DNA of 64,000 bases from Limisphaerales bacterium (GTDB taxonomy: Bacteria; Verrucomicrobiota; Verrucomicrobiia; Limisphaerales; DSYF01), in the NCBI GenBank assembly GCA_046290825.1, contig JBKBTZ010000003.1, positions 9,881 to 73,880 on the forward strand, in the 5' to 3' direction. Shown here piece by piece: positions 1 through 10,255 of this stretch. Under the pieces are notes generated by a model. That model saw nothing but the letters and a program-made list of their open reading frames with translations. It was not told the DNA's origin and ran no database searches. A program made the translations under genes and the position numbers. The stretch's first letter is position 1. Every line of letters begins with the position of its first letter.

Positions 1-500
1 GCCGCGAGAATTTTTTCGCCGGTGGCGTAAGACCAGAGCGGCGTGCCGTCCGTGACGCTCAAGGCATGCAGCCGCCCATCGCCCGCCCCCACAATGACCC
101 GGCCACCCAACACCAGCGGCGGCGCTTCGACCGCCCCACCCGCCGGGAAGGACCACACCTTTGCGCCCGATGCCAAATCCAGCGCGTAAAGCTGCTGGTC
201 ATCCGAGCCGATGAAGACCTTGCCCCCCGCCACGACCGCCGACGATTTCACCGGACCGCCGGTCTTGAACGACCAGCGCAGGCGCAGCGGCAGCCGCAGT
301 TCGCCGGGAGCCACGCCGGTCAAGGCCGGGTTGCCGCGAAACTCGGGCCACTCCGTGACGGGGGGTTCCTGGCGCGGCGGGTCACTTTCGCGAACTGCTT
401 CGGAGACCTGCTCGCGACATCCCGCGCACAGACAGACAAATACCAGCGCAATGCCCGCCACGCTGACACGCGCCGCGGGCCAGAAAAACAACCGGTTCAT
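1..500 (-). CDS. PQQ-like beta-propeller repeat lipoprotein (BamB-like fold); C-terminus lies beyond the window
   Basis: Hand translation of the minus strand from ATG 500..498 gives MNRLFFWPAARVSVAGIALVFVCLCAGC (lipobox-like). It is followed by repeated blades: GGKVFIGSDDQQLYALD, GRVIVGAGDGRLHAL. It is absent from the ORF track because it runs off the window edge. Confidence 0.6.
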   Translation of the reverse strand, partial: MNRLFFWPAARVSVAGIALVFVCLCAGCREQVSEAVRESDPPRQEPPVTEWPEFRGNPALTGVAPGELRLPLRLRWSFKTGGPVKSSAVVAGGKVFIGSDDQQLYALDLASGAKVWSFPAGGAVEAPPLVLGGRVIVGAGDGRLHALSVTDGTPLWSYATGEKILA

Positions 501-577
501 GCAGGCGAGTATCGCGTTGTCGCGATGGTTGCGCAACGTCCCCGGCCGCCTGCCTGTGGTGGGCCCGGGCTGCCGCC

Positions 578-3500
578 TCAAGGCACCAGCCGGATCCGGT
601 AGTAGCGTTCGGGGGAGGTGGCCGCGTTGTCGGTGAAGTTGGTTTCCCCGCCGATACCCGTGATGACGCCGCCGAGGTTCTGCCACGCGCCCAAGACCAG
701 GTTGGTGCGGAATTCGACCTGATACCGCGCGCCCGGCACCGTCTGCCAGCGCAGATGGGCTGCGTTGCCGGAGACGGACGTTGCCGCAAGGGTGGGCGGC
801 GGGAATGCGGTGCAACACACACGGTTCGAGGTCACGAGGGTGACCGTCCAACCGCCCGGAATCGAGCCGCCCTTGGTGCTGAGGAAATCCTGAACATACA
901 GCTTCCACTCACCATTGGGCGTGGCCGCGAGGGCATTGACGCTGGTGCCGTAAGGTCCGGCTGGCGCGGGGGCGGTCAGCGGCGGGGCGCTGTTGTCCGT
1001 AGGCAACCAGGTGCCGGAGAGCAGCACGCCCCCATCGCCCGGAACGGGGCCGGAGGCATTGTCGTCAAAAACCAGTTGCGCGCTGCTGGCCGTCGCGGCC
1101 CCCGGGTAGCCCAGCAGCATGACCGTCTGCCCGCCGGGGCCTTCCGCCAGCACGGCGATGTCTGAAACGCGGGTGTGCGACAAACCATTCAGGCGGATGG
1201 TGGTTTTGATCACGTTTCCGTCCACGCCCGCCACGTTGACCCGTCCGGGATATGGCAGCGCGGTGCCGAAGGTGTTGATGGTAATGGGCGCCGTGCTGGT
1301 GAACTGCTGCGTCACGACCACCGGGCTGCCCATGGGAATGGCCACCACGGGCTGGCCGAGCACTGCCGCGTTGTCCGTCAGGCGAACCTGGGCGTTGACG
1401 TTGCTGGCGCACGGCCCGCTGGCGGTGAAGGTAAAGGCCCGGGTCACCATCTGGCCGGGGGCAATGACCCCGAGCGTCTCCGCCGGACCGGGCGCGAGGA
1501 CGCCGTTGGTCGCCAGCAAGGTGGCCAGGAGATTCGTGGTGGAGGCGAGACCGATGTTGCGGAAACGCAGTTCCATCGTGACCGTTTCGCCCGGGTCCAC
1601 GTTTTGGTTGCCGGGCGGACAGGATTCCAGAAGCACCGCGCCTCGTTCCACCACCAGCAGGGGAATCGGCAGCCCCGGCACCACGGTAAAATTGGTGTCC
1701 GAGACATCGTAGAAAATGTTGCCCGCCCCCTCGACCTTGATGCGGGCACGCGTCGAGGAAACCGGCGGCAGCACGACCTCGGCAGCGCCGGTGTTGGGCA
1801 CATTGCTGGCCAACAGGAATGGGAAATGGAGGCCTCCGTTGGTCGAGAGCCAGATGTTGACCCCGGCGGTGTTGATCGGCGCTGCCGCCGTGCCCGCGAC
1901 GTTCCACGTCACCGTCTGCACGTTGGACCAGGTAACCGCCGAGTTGGGCGCGGTGACCACGAATGGCCCGGCGTTGCTGATCACGGTGACGGTGGTGTCC
2001 GCGTCCGCCACGCCTCCGCCACCGGCGCGATTGTCGCGCACGGTAACGCGGAACTTCATGGTGCGGTTGAGCACCGGCAGCTTCTCCTGGTTCCAGTTGG
2101 TGTTGGCCAGCACACTGGTCAAGCGCGGGAAGAAGCGGGTTGGATTGTTGGTGGGCGGGAACGAGCGGAACAGCGGGCTGCTGCCGTTATCGGGGTCATT
2201 GAGTGACTGGGCCGCGCCGGTATCCATCTGCTCCCAGCAATAGGTGAGGGCATCCCCGTTGGGATCCGCGGCAATGGCAGTGAGCGCGAAGGGGGTCCGC
2301 GCCGGAATCACGTAGGCCGGTCCCGCATCCACCGACGGGGCGGCGTTGCCCGTGGGCACGTTGGCCGCGCAGGCGCCGCCGCTGCCGTTCAGGAACGCGA
2401 GAATCTCCGCCAGGCTGGTGGCGTGGAAATAGGGGTCGCTGTTGGGCTGCAGGTTGTTGGGGGCGCAGATGCCCGCGTAGGCCATGATGGTCGAACCGCT
2501 GCCCGGCTCGGTGGCGGTCGAGGCGTTCCGGTTGCCAAAACCGCAGGAGCCGCTGGTGGCGTTGAAGGTGTGGTTCGCGCCGAACTGATGTCCCATTTCG
2601 TGCGCCACGTAGTCCACCCAGAAGCTGTCCCCGGTGGGCGACGAACTGCCCGTCACTCCCTGGGCCTTGCGGGTGCTGCTGCACACGCTTCCCAGCGATG
2701 CCACACCGCCGCCACCCGTGCTGAACACATGGCCAATATCGTAGTTCGCGGAACCGATGATGCTGTTCACGGTGGTCTGGTTTTGCGTCAGCATGGTGAC
2801 CCCGTCATCGTTCGTGTAGGGATCGCTGCCGGGGTTGGTAAAGACCAGAAGGTCGTTGTTGGCCACGAGGATGAGCCGCACGGCAAACTCCCGCTCGAAG
2901 ATCCCGTTGATGCGGTTGATCGCAGTCACAATGGCCGCCTGGCCCTGGGCCACCGTGCCGCCGTGAAACTGCGTGTATTCTCCCGTGGCCGCGCAGGCCA
3001 GCCGGTAGGTGCGCAGCGTGGCGCCGAACAACGTGCGCTCCCCCTCGGGCCGGGGCAACACGCCCGGAACCGTTTCCCCACCCGGCACAAGACATTGGAA
3101 CGCTCCCGCTTCACGCCACTGCTCCGCCCGGCGGTAGCTCACATAATGCGTGGTGTCCCCGCGATACGCCGGATCCACATAAATGGCCCCTTCCGGCCCG
3201 AGGACCTGCGCATGGAAGCCGGCGGGAGTCACGTCGGCGCGCAGCGTGGTGGCCGGATCATCCACCGCCTCGCCCGCGAAGGTCTTGATCTCCGGGAATT
3301 TCACCGCCAGGCCCGGTTCCATGATGCTGGTCTCCACCACCCGAAACCACCGAACCTCCCCGTCCGGCAGGGGCACCGGCAGGAGCGCGCCCGCCGTGCG
3401 GGCCTGCCACGGTTCCCCCGAAGGCACCGCGCCCAGGCTCCCGCGAAACGCCGCCTCGTCCCATGCGAACATCGCTCCCCCCGTCGGCGCCACCCAACGC

Positions 3501-3658
3501 TCAACACCGGCACGGGACGCGGGTGGTTCCGGCAGATGCGTCCAAAGAATGTCAGACTGCGCCATCGCGGCGCCGGTCAGACCAATCAGGGCCAGACCGC
3601 CGGACCAGCGGCGAAGGCCGCGCCAAACAGGTAGGATAATTACGAGGATGAATTTCAT
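578..3658 (-). CDS. secreted reprolysin-like (metzincin) zinc metalloprotease with P-domain-like and C-terminal Fn3-like modules
   Basis: ORF 578..3952 trimmed to ATG 3658 (MKFILVIILPVW, signal-like). It has the HEMGHQFGANH motif (HExxHxxGxxH) and an IMAY Met-turn. It also has a DPNGDALTY module and CARDB-like and proprotein-convertase P-domain-like segments. Confidence 0.8.
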   Translation of the reverse strand: MKFILVIILPVWRGLRRWSGGLALIGLTGAAMAQSDILWTHLPEPPASRAGVERWVAPTGGAMFAWDEAAFRGSLGAVPSGEPWQARTAGALLPVPLPDGEVRWFRVVETSIMEPGLAVKFPEIKTFAGEAVDDPATTLRADVTPAGFHAQVLGPEGAIYVDPAYRGDTTHYVSYRRAEQWREAGAFQCLVPGGETVPGVLPRPEGERTLFGATLRTYRLACAATGEYTQFHGGTVAQGQAAIVTAINRINGIFEREFAVRLILVANNDLLVFTNPGSDPYTNDDGVTMLTQNQTTVNSIIGSANYDIGHVFSTGGGGVASLGSVCSSTRKAQGVTGSSSPTGDSFWVDYVAHEMGHQFGANHTFNATSGSCGFGNRNASTATEPGSGSTIMAYAGICAPNNLQPNSDPYFHATSLAEILAFLNGSGGACAANVPTGNAAPSVDAGPAYVIPARTPFALTAIAADPNGDALTYCWEQMDTGAAQSLNDPDNGSSPLFRSFPPTNNPTRFFPRLTSVLANTNWNQEKLPVLNRTMKFRVTVRDNRAGGGGVADADTTVTVISNAGPFVVTAPNSAVTWSNVQTVTWNVAGTAAAPINTAGVNIWLSTNGGLHFPFLLASNVPNTGAAEVVLPPVSSTRARIKVEGAGNIFYDVSDTNFTVVPGLPIPLLVVERGAVLLESCPPGNQNVDPGETVTMELRFRNIGLASTTNLLATLLATNGVLAPGPAETLGVIAPGQMVTRAFTFTASGPCASNVNAQVRLTDNAAVLGQPVVAIPMGSPVVVTQQFTSTAPITINTFGTALPYPGRVNVAGVDGNVIKTTIRLNGLSHTRVSDIAVLAEGPGGQTVMLLGYPGAATASSAQLVFDDNASGPVPGDGGVLLSGTWLPTDNSAPPLTAPAPAGPYGTSVNALAATPNGEWKLYVQDFLSTKGGSIPGGWTVTLVTSNRVCCTAFPPPTLAATSVSGNAAHLRWQTVPGARYQVEFRTNLVLGAWQNLGGVITGIGGETNFTDNAATSPERYYRIRLVP

Positions 3659-3911
3659 GGTTGTGGGGGTGGGCAAGGTTGCGCCCGGTCTAACCAAACC
3701 CAGGTCGGAACACAATCCGTGAATAGGTCGCGCTTGGGAATCAGGGCGTCCACACCAGTTGCCGTGAGGCAGGGCCGGGACAAGGCGGTCGGCAGAGCGC
3801 GGGAAATTCTTTCCCCCCACGCGGGTAGAGGCCTCCCCTGCTGACGGCACACAGCCAACTACCTCCCGACAAAAGCAATGAGCTCCACTGACCGCCCGCT
3901 CCAAGCGCCCA

Positions 3912-6900
3912 TCAAGGTTGCACCAGGATTCGGTAGAACCGCATCGGTTCATTCGGCGCCGCGTTGGTGATGCTGAGGAGCGTGTTGGTGCCGGGCACGG
4001 GCGCGCCCAGGTTTTGCCAAGAGCCGCTTGTGAGGTTGGTGCGGAATTGCACCTGGTAATTGGGGCCGGGCACTGCCGCCCACGTCAGCCGCGCCACGCC
4101 GTTCGACCAGGTGGTGCTGGTAAAGACCGGCGCGGGGAGCGTGCCGCAACAGACGGTGTTGGTGACCGCGGTCACAAACCGCAGCGTCCAACTGGCCAGC
4201 AATCCTGCGTCGGGCGACGCATAATCGAAGAAATAGAGGGACCAGGTGCCATTGGGTGAAACCGCCAACGGGGCCAGACGATAATCGTAATACCAACCCG
4301 GCGCCGGCGGGGGCAAATCGTAAGGCCCGGCTTCGCCATAGTAGTAATCGGTGGGCTGGTAGGTGCCCGAGGGAATTCCACCGGAATACGGCACGAGGCT
4401 CGCGGCCTCATCGTCGAAGGTCAACGTGATGCCGTTCACCGGCCCCGGATAGGTATAGCTCATGAGAATCGTGCGTTGTCCGTTGGGTGCGGCAAGCAAC
4501 ACGAACACGTCCTCCACGTAGGTGTGTGTCAGGCCGTTCAATGAAACGGTCATTTTGGTAACCGGGTTGGTCACACCGGACACGTTGATGGTAGAGGGAT
4601 ACGGCAGCGCGGTATTGTTGTCGCGGATGGTGATGGGCGAGGCGTTGTTGAAGACCTGCGTGACGACGTTGATCTGCGGCGCCCCTAGGTTGAACACCCG
4701 ACTGCGCGTGCCGTAATTGGCGGGCCCGTCGGCCAATTGCACCACCCCGGTCACCGCTCCGCCACACGGACCACCCGCCGTGAAGGTGAAGGGCCGCGAC
4801 ACGACGCCGCCGGGCGGAATGACACCATAGTTTTGCGGCGCACTCGGGAAATAGACCCCGTTGGTCGCCAGCAGCGTCGCCACCAGATTGGTGGTGGGCG
4901 CATTGCCGGAGTTGGTGATGGCCCAGTTGAGGGTCACCGTTTCATACGGGTCCACCACGCCGTTGGTCGGCAGGCAGCTTTCGGCCAGCAGCGTGACTGG
5001 CCCGACACTCAAATCGGGCGCAAGCGTGCTGATGGTGAAATTCACATCGGAGACGTCGTAAAAAATGCCGCCCGCCGCCTCGACCTTGATGCGCGCCTGC
5101 GTCGAGACCAGTCCCTGCACGTTGATGGTGCGTGAGCCGGTGTTGGGCACGTTGGTCGCAATCCAGTGCGGCCAGGTCTGCCCGCCGTCGGTGGAGAGAA
5201 AGATATTCACGTTGGCAACATTGATGGGCGATGACGCCGTTCCGGCCACATCCCATGTCACGGTGTGGGTATTGGACCACACGAGGGCGGTGTTGGGCGA
5301 AGTGACGCGGAAGGGCGCGCCAGTGTTGATCACATTAACCACGGTGTCGGCATCGGCCACACCGCCGCCCGCCGCGCGGTTGTCGCGCACCGTGACGCGA
5401 AAGTTGAGCGTGCGCGTGGTGGCGGGCAGCACCTCCTGGTTCCAGTTGGTGTTGGCGAGCACGCTGCTCACACGCGGAAAGAACCGCGTCGGACTGTTGG
5501 TCGGCGGGAGCGACCGGAACAGCGGGCCGCTGCCGCTGTCCATTCCCGTCAATCCGCTGGCCGGCCCCAAATCCCGCTGTTCCCAGCAATAGGTCAGCGC
5601 GTCGCCGTTTGGGTCCGTGGCGCTGGCGGTCAGGAAAAAGGGCGTCCCCGCCGGAATGGTGTAAGGCCCGCCCACGCTGACGGTCGGCGCGCTGTTGCCC
5701 GTAGCGGAGGTGGCCGCGCAACTCACGCTGGACAAAAATGCTTGGATCTCATCCAAGCTGGCCGTGTGAAAGTAGGCGTCCCCCTGCGATTGCAAATTGT
5801 TCGGCGAACAAATCCCCGCGTAGGCCATGATGGTGGAGCCGCTACCCGGCTCGTAGGCCGTCGAGGCATTCCGATTACCACCGCCGCAACTGCCGCTGGT
5901 GGCGTTGAAAGTATGGTTTGCGCCCAATTGATGGCCCATTTCATGCGCCACATAATCCACCCAGAAACTGTCCCCCGTTGGCGACGAACTGCCCGTCACG
6001 CCGCGCGCCTTGATTCCCGTCGTGCAAACACAGCCCAGGGTGGCAATCCCGCCCCCGCCCGTGCTGAACACATGCCCAATGTCGTAATTGGCGCTCCCGA
6101 TGATGGCGTCCACGGTGGCCTGGTTCTGCGATAACATCGCAGACCCGTCGAAGTTGTCATAGGGATCGGTCCCCGGGTTGGTGAAGACCAGCAGCGAGTT
6201 GTTGCCCACCAGCACCAGCCGCACGGCCAGTTCCTTTTCGAAAATGCCGTTGATGCGGTTGACCGCCGTCACAATCGCCGCCTGCCCCAAGGCCACCGTC
6301 CCGCCGTGAAACTGCGTGTATTCCCCCGTCGCCGCGCACGCCAGCCGGAAGGTCCGCAGCGCCGGCCCGGACTGCGTCTTTAATGCCGTGCCGCCGCCCG
6401 TTGCGATCGTTTCACGCAGGACAGCGCATTGCCACTCTTCCGCAAGCGGGACGTTGTCGCGCTTGTAGTAGCTCACCACATGATCACGGTCGCCCCGGAA
6501 CGCTGGATCCACGTAGATCGAGCCGTGCGGTGAAAGAATCTGCCCGTGAAAGCCGGCGGGCGTCACATCAAAGCGCGCCGTCGCCTCGGGATCGTCAATC
6601 CCCTCCCCGGCGTAAGTTTTGACGTCGGGAAACTGCGCCGCGAGTTCGGGCGCCATCACCGGCGTTTCCACAATCCGGAATCGCGCCGTCCCGCCGTCGG
6701 GCATCGGCACTGTTACCACTCGTCCCACCGCAGAAATCTCGGATGGTTCGGCCGGGGCAACCTCGGCGAGTTCCACCGCCAGTTGGGAATGGTTGACCCG
6801 AAACACGCCACCCCGCTGAGGGGCCACCCATCGTTCCGGCCCGCCGCGTTGGGCGGCAACTTCACCCAGATACTCCCACGGAGAAGAAGCTGCCGAGGAC

Positions 6901-6980
6901 GCTGACTGACCAGCCGCTGGACTCAGACAACCCAGGGCGAACGCAAAAACGGAAGTTGCCGCCAAAGCGCGTCGTTTCAT
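3912..6980 (-). CDS. secreted reprolysin-like (metzincin) zinc metalloprotease, tandem paralog of 578..3658
   Basis: 1022-aa ORF with a signal peptide (MKRRALAATSVFAFALGCLSPAAG) and HEMGHQLGANH. It is collinear with the neighbour across all domains (for example LACAATGEYTQFHGGTVA.GQAAIVTA.NRINGIFE). Confidence 0.85.
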   Translation of the reverse strand: MKRRALAATSVFAFALGCLSPAAGQSASSAASSPWEYLGEVAAQRGGPERWVAPQRGGVFRVNHSQLAVELAEVAPAEPSEISAVGRVVTVPMPDGGTARFRIVETPVMAPELAAQFPDVKTYAGEGIDDPEATARFDVTPAGFHGQILSPHGSIYVDPAFRGDRDHVVSYYKRDNVPLAEEWQCAVLRETIATGGGTALKTQSGPALRTFRLACAATGEYTQFHGGTVALGQAAIVTAVNRINGIFEKELAVRLVLVGNNSLLVFTNPGTDPYDNFDGSAMLSQNQATVDAIIGSANYDIGHVFSTGGGGIATLGCVCTTGIKARGVTGSSSPTGDSFWVDYVAHEMGHQLGANHTFNATSGSCGGGNRNASTAYEPGSGSTIMAYAGICSPNNLQSQGDAYFHTASLDEIQAFLSSVSCAATSATGNSAPTVSVGGPYTIPAGTPFFLTASATDPNGDALTYCWEQRDLGPASGLTGMDSGSGPLFRSLPPTNSPTRFFPRVSSVLANTNWNQEVLPATTRTLNFRVTVRDNRAAGGGVADADTVVNVINTGAPFRVTSPNTALVWSNTHTVTWDVAGTASSPINVANVNIFLSTDGGQTWPHWIATNVPNTGSRTINVQGLVSTQARIKVEAAGGIFYDVSDVNFTISTLAPDLSVGPVTLLAESCLPTNGVVDPYETVTLNWAITNSGNAPTTNLVATLLATNGVYFPSAPQNYGVIPPGGVVSRPFTFTAGGPCGGAVTGVVQLADGPANYGTRSRVFNLGAPQINVVTQVFNNASPITIRDNNTALPYPSTINVSGVTNPVTKMTVSLNGLTHTYVEDVFVLLAAPNGQRTILMSYTYPGPVNGITLTFDDEAASLVPYSGGIPSGTYQPTDYYYGEAGPYDLPPPAPGWYYDYRLAPLAVSPNGTWSLYFFDYASPDAGLLASWTLRFVTAVTNTVCCGTLPAPVFTSTTWSNGVARLTWAAVPGPNYQVQFRTNLTSGSWQNLGAPVPGTNTLLSITNAAPNEPMRFYRILVQP

Positions 6981-7033
6981 TGCCCAAACCTAGAAATGCC
7001 CGCCGGAAAAACGAGCCGAAACCTCCCGCGTCA

Positions 7034-8512
7034 TCAGTGGCCCGAAGCGCTGCTCAACAAACCGATCAACCCCGCCGGCGCGCAGCCCAGCGCCACCACT
7101 AGCACCGCCAACACCACCAACGTCAGGAGCGTCGCCAACGGCACTCGGATCGCATCGGCCCGGTCGGTCCCATCCGTCACATACACCGCCTTCAACACCC
7201 GCAGATAGTAGTAGAACGAAACCGCGCTCATCGCGATGGCCAGCACCACCAGCCACAACAGCCCGAGGTGCTTCGCCTCCGCCCCCACCACCGCGCTGAA
7301 CACAAAAAACTTTCCGATAAACCCCGCCAGCGGCGGAATGCCGCCCAGCGACAGCAGGAACACCAGCAAACACAATGACAAGACCGGTGCCCGGCGGCTC
7401 AAGCCCGCGAAGCTCGCGAGGGCATCATTCCCCGTCGCGTCCTCCACGACCTGCACGACGCCGAAAGCCCCAAGCGTGGTCACCGCGTAGGTGATGACGT
7501 AGAACAGCAAGGACGCCTGGCTCGTCTCCGTATTCGCCAGCACGCCGAGCAGCATGTAGCCCGCATGCGCAATCGCGGAATAAGCCAGCAGTCGCTTGAC
7601 GCTGCTTTGCGCGATGGCCGTGAGATTGCCCAGCACCATCGAAAGCGCCGCCACCACCGCCACCGTCGGCACCCAACCGGAAAGGAAACCGCGCCACACC
7701 CCGCTACCCTCCGCACCCGCGAACCCAATCATCATGACCTTTGCCAGAATGAAAAAGCTCGCCACCTTGGAACCCGTCGCAATGAACGCCGCGCTCGGCG
7801 TCGGCGCACCCTCATACGCGTCCGGCGCCCACAGATGGAACGGCACCGCCGCCACCTTGAACCCGAACCCGATCACCGTCATCACAATCGCGACGATCAA
7901 CATCGGGTCCAGCCCCTTGCCCGCCAGCCCGGTTGCAATCTCCCGCAGGTTCGTCGAACCCGACAGGCCATACAGCAGGCTGATGCCGAACAGCAGGCAC
8001 GCCGCCGCCATCCCGCCGAACAAGAAGTATTTCAGCGCCGCCTCCGCCGACCGGATGTTCCGCTTGTTGAACGCCGTCAGCACATAGAGCGAGAGACTGA
8101 GCAGTTCCAGCGAGATGAAGATCATCAGCAAATCCTCCGCACTCACGAGGAACATCATGCCCGCCGTCGCCAGCAGGATGAGCGCGAGATATTCGCCCAC
8201 GTGCTCGGTGAATTTGCTCGAAGTCGAAAGCACCACCGTGAAGATCGTCAGCCCGAGGATGGCCGCCTTGACCACGTTCGTCAGCGAATCCACCACGAAC
8301 ATGCCATTGGCAATGTTCGCCACGTCATGCCGCCCCACCGCCAGAAAGATGGCCAGCAGGCAGCCCACGCTGGCGATGGCCGCTCCCAGTCCGAATCGGA
8401 TGCGCACCGGCTGCTCGCGCAACGCCAGCAAATCCGCCGCCAGCACCGCCAGCGCCGTCAACACCACCGCCGTCTCCGGCGCGGCCAGCTTGAGTATTTC
8501 GAGATAGCTCAC
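7034..8512 (-). CDS. nuoN: NADH-quinone oxidoreductase subunit N
   Basis: ORF 7034..8563 trimmed to GTG 8512 (VSYLEILKL). GGGAGG lies 6 nt upstream and GTGA overlaps the nuoM stop. Polytopic ND2/NuoN-like sequence. Confidence 0.85.
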   Translation of the reverse strand: MSYLEILKLAAPETAVVLTALAVLAADLLALREQPVRIRFGLGAAIASVGCLLAIFLAVGRHDVANIANGMFVVDSLTNVVKAAILGLTIFTVVLSTSSKFTEHVGEYLALILLATAGMMFLVSAEDLLMIFISLELLSLSLYVLTAFNKRNIRSAEAALKYFLFGGMAAACLLFGISLLYGLSGSTNLREIATGLAGKGLDPMLIVAIVMTVIGFGFKVAAVPFHLWAPDAYEGAPTPSAAFIATGSKVASFFILAKVMMIGFAGAEGSGVWRGFLSGWVPTVAVVAALSMVLGNLTAIAQSSVKRLLAYSAIAHAGYMLLGVLANTETSQASLLFYVITYAVTTLGAFGVVQVVEDATGNDALASFAGLSRRAPVLSLCLLVFLLSLGGIPPLAGFIGKFFVFSAVVGAEAKHLGLLWLVVLAIAMSAVSFYYYLRVLKAVYVTDGTDRADAIRVPLATLLTLVVLAVLVVALGCAPAGLIGLLSSASGH

Positions 8513-10020
8513 AGCGCACCTCCCTTCGCCAGCAACCGTTGAAACAGCGGCGAGTTCAGGCACGGCTCAATCCAGTTCAGCAGCACGTTTGGGTAAAGCC
8601 CCACCAGCAGCGAAGTGCCGATCAGCAGCACCGCCCCAACCCGCTCCGGGACGGAGATCGGCTCCAGCTCGTGCGCGTGCTCGCCATCTGTCGAGCTGGT
8701 CACATCCGTCCCGTCTGCATAAAATCCCCGTTGCACCGCGCGCAACGTGTAAGCCACGCCCACCACGATGCCCACGCCCGCCAGCACCGCCGCCGCCGGA
8801 AAAGCCTTCCACGCGCCCATGAGCACCTGGAGTTCCGCCACAAATCCACTGAAGCCGGGCAGCCCCATCGAAGCCACGCCCGCGATGACAAACGTCACCG
8901 CCACGAACGGCAGCTTCCGGCTCAGGCCCATCAACTCCAGTTCGGTGAAGTCCCGCGTATGGGTCCGGTCATACAACATCCGGCCCACCACGGCGAACAG
9001 CAGCCCCGCGATAATGCCGTGCGAGAACATCTGCAACACCGCGCCGCTCAAGCCGACCGTGTTCAGCGTCGCCAGCCCCAGCAGCACGAAGCCCATGTGG
9101 CTCACGCTCGAATAGCCGATGACGAACTTGAAATCCTTCTGCACCAGCGCCACGCCCGCGCCATAGACGATGCCGATCACCGCCAGCACCGCGATGGCAG
9201 TCTTCCACATCGCCGCACCCTCGGGGAACAGCACCATCGCCACGCGCAGGCAGCCATAAGCGCCCAGCTTCATCACCACGCCGGCCAGCAACATCGAACC
9301 CGCCGTCGGTGCCGCCACGTGACCGGTCGGCGCCCACGTGTGGAACGGCCACAAGCCCGCGAGAATCGCGAACCCGACGAACGTCAGCGGGAAGGCCCAT
9401 TTCTGGAACTCCACCGGGAATGAAACTTTCGACAGCTCCACCAAATCCAGCGACGCGTGACCGAGTTGCCCCTTCGCCACCACCCAAGCCGCGATGAGTC
9501 CGATGAGCACGAGATGGCTGCCGACGAACGAATACAGCGCCAGCTTCATCGCGCCGTATTCCTTCCGCGTGCTGCCCCAGCGCGCGATGAGGAAATACTT
9601 CGGGATGATGGTCAACTCGTAGAACACGAACAGCAGCAGCAGATCGAAGCTGAGGAACACGCCATACACGCCGCCGATGAGCGCGAGGTAGAACGCGAAG
9701 AATTCCTTCGTCCGCTTCTCGATGTTCCAGGAAAACAAAATCCCCGCAATGGCTGCCAAGCCCGTTAGCACCACGAGCGTCAGACTAATGCCATCCGCCG
9801 CGAGATGATAATTCGCTCCCAGCGAAGGGATCCACGAGCAGTTCGTGATGGTCGCGATCTCGCCCGGATTGCCCTGCTGCAACGCGCCGATCAGCGCCAC
9901 GGCGAACCCGCCGATGGCCGTGAGCAGCGCCACCTTGCGCGCCGCCCGCGCGTCATCCCGCGGCAGGAGCATCAACACCAGCACGCCGAGAAACGAAATG
10001 TAAATGGTCCAAGCCAGCAT
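8509..10020 (-). CDS. nuoM: NADH-quinone oxidoreductase subunit M
   Basis: 503-aa ORF with ATG at 10020. ND4/NuoM-type antiporter-like subunit (WGSTRKEYGAMKLALYSFVGS). Confidence 0.9.
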   Translation of the reverse strand: MLAWTIYISFLGVLVLMLLPRDDARAARKVALLTAIGGFAVALIGALQQGNPGEIATITNCSWIPSLGANYHLAADGISLTLVVLTGLAAIAGILFSWNIEKRTKEFFAFYLALIGGVYGVFLSFDLLLLFVFYELTIIPKYFLIARWGSTRKEYGAMKLALYSFVGSHLVLIGLIAAWVVAKGQLGHASLDLVELSKVSFPVEFQKWAFPLTFVGFAILAGLWPFHTWAPTGHVAAPTAGSMLLAGVVMKLGAYGCLRVAMVLFPEGAAMWKTAIAVLAVIGIVYGAGVALVQKDFKFVIGYSSVSHMGFVLLGLATLNTVGLSGAVLQMFSHGIIAGLLFAVVGRMLYDRTHTRDFTELELMGLSRKLPFVAVTFVIAGVASMGLPGFSGFVAELQVLMGAWKAFPAAAVLAGVGIVVGVAYTLRAVQRGFYADGTDVTSSTDGEHAHELEPISVPERVGAVLLIGTSLLVGLYPNVLLNWIEPCLNSPLFQRLLAKGGAL

Positions 10021-10029
10021 GTTCAGTAT

Positions 10030-10223
10030 TTGGAGTGCGGTGACTTGTCACCGCTTTCACCGCTTTGGCGACTGGTCTCCAAAGCAGAGCCGCGTCCAGC
10101 GGCTCGACGAACAACGAAAGCCTGACGCTTCGCCGCCAGGCCGCCGCAAACAAATCGAACGCCCCGGGTGATTGACGGCGACAAGTCGCCTGCGGAAAGC
10201 GGCGACAAGTCACCGCACTCCAA
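10030..10223. repeat. about 194-bp palindromic element with terminal inverted repeats TTGGAGTGCGGTGACTTGTCACCGCTTTC / GAAAGCGGCGACAAGTCACCGCACTCCAA (family F)
   Basis: The arms at 10030..10058 and 10196..10223 are reverse complements. Each arm contains its own 8-bp hairpin (GCGGTGAC-TT-GTCACCGC). There are internal hairpins GCTTTGG..CCAAAGC and GGCGACAAGTCGCC. Confidence 0.75.
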
Positions 10224-10255
10224 GGCGGGCAGCCACCCCGCCACACCAGTTTCAA

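Noticed and set aside
3659-3952. N-terminal extensions of many track ORFs (for example 578..3952, 14070..14645, 14714..15343, 20148..20903, 26604..27521, 62071..63606)
   Set aside because: The extensions overlap upstream genes or repeat elements and lack family similarity. Internal ATG or GTG starts coincide with stop-start overlaps, promoter geometry or canonical N-termini.
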